From the IMG/VR virus record IMGVR_UViG_3300011982_000017, positions 1 to 6,145 of that record: a DNA stretch of 6,145 nt, one strand, 5' to 3'. This DNA is from a virus. The translations under genes were made by a program, and so were the position numbers. Shown piece after piece: positions 5,951 to 6,145 of this stretch. A model generated the notes under the pieces. It searched no databases and was not told where the DNA came from. It saw only the letters and a list, made by a program, of their open reading frames with translations. Each line of letters opens with the position of its first letter. Within the stretch, counting starts at the first letter, position 1.

Positions 5951-6068
5951 TTAATTATACTGCTACTAATAGAAAAATGAACGCTATTAGTATAACTTTG
6001 ATGCAAAATATAATTATTATAACTCTTATAAAATCTTCCATATTATTATTATGTTTTAGTTATTGATA

Positions 6069-6145
6069 TACAAATATAGTTATTAACTTGTCTTTGCTTA
6101 TAGATTTAATGTAAATCTTACGCTTTTTTAACTCTGCGCTGTGAA
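6069..6145. repeat. Terminal redundancy of a circular genome (right copy)
   Basis: Exact copy of bases 1-77. See the left copy. Confidence 0.95.

Noticed and set aside
5964-5992. 9-bp AT-rich inverted repeat TACTAATAG-N11-CTATTAGTA just after the VP2 stop, considered as a terminator
   Set aside because: The stem is weak and AT-only, the loop is 11 nt, and no T-tract follows. Not enough to call.

Overview
This window is a complete, circularly permuted genome of a small ssDNA phage of the family Microviridae. Bases 1-77 recur exactly at 6069-6145, so the unit length is 6,068 nt and the contig is circular. All convincing genes lie on the + strand. They are a large HUH rolling-circle replication initiator (VP4-like, 603/591-2387), the major capsid protein (VP1/F-like, 2434-4140), a small acidic protein (4159-4599, possibly scaffolding) and a DNA-pilot/minor capsid protein (VP2/H-like, 4655-5950). 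The gene order, the roughly 600-aa Rep, the VP1 N-terminus (RNAFDISQRHLFTAPAGALLPV), the low GC content and the near absence of Shine-Dalgarno sites suggest a non-phiX, Alpavirinae-like, Bacteroidota-associated microvirus. I cannot confirm that placement without a database search. I see no tRNA, rRNA, CRISPR array, integrase or recognisable lysis gene. Five things go beyond routine annotation. (1) The non-coding region is unusually long, about 550 nt across the circular junction. It holds a GC-rich island (about 61-325) packed with stem-loops and a repeated AGCGAAGCG motif containing the d(GCGAAGC) mini-hairpin sequence. (2) An untracked 58-aa Cys/His-rich ORF (430-606) ends in an ATGA overlap with the Rep start codon. 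(3) Two copies of a motif resembling the phiX174 origin nick site (CAACTTGAAA-N4-TAACG) sit inside the rep and capsid genes. (4) Long +1-frame ORFs are embedded in rep, one of them strongly hydrophobic. (5) A strong GC hairpin lies between the acidic ORF and VP2.
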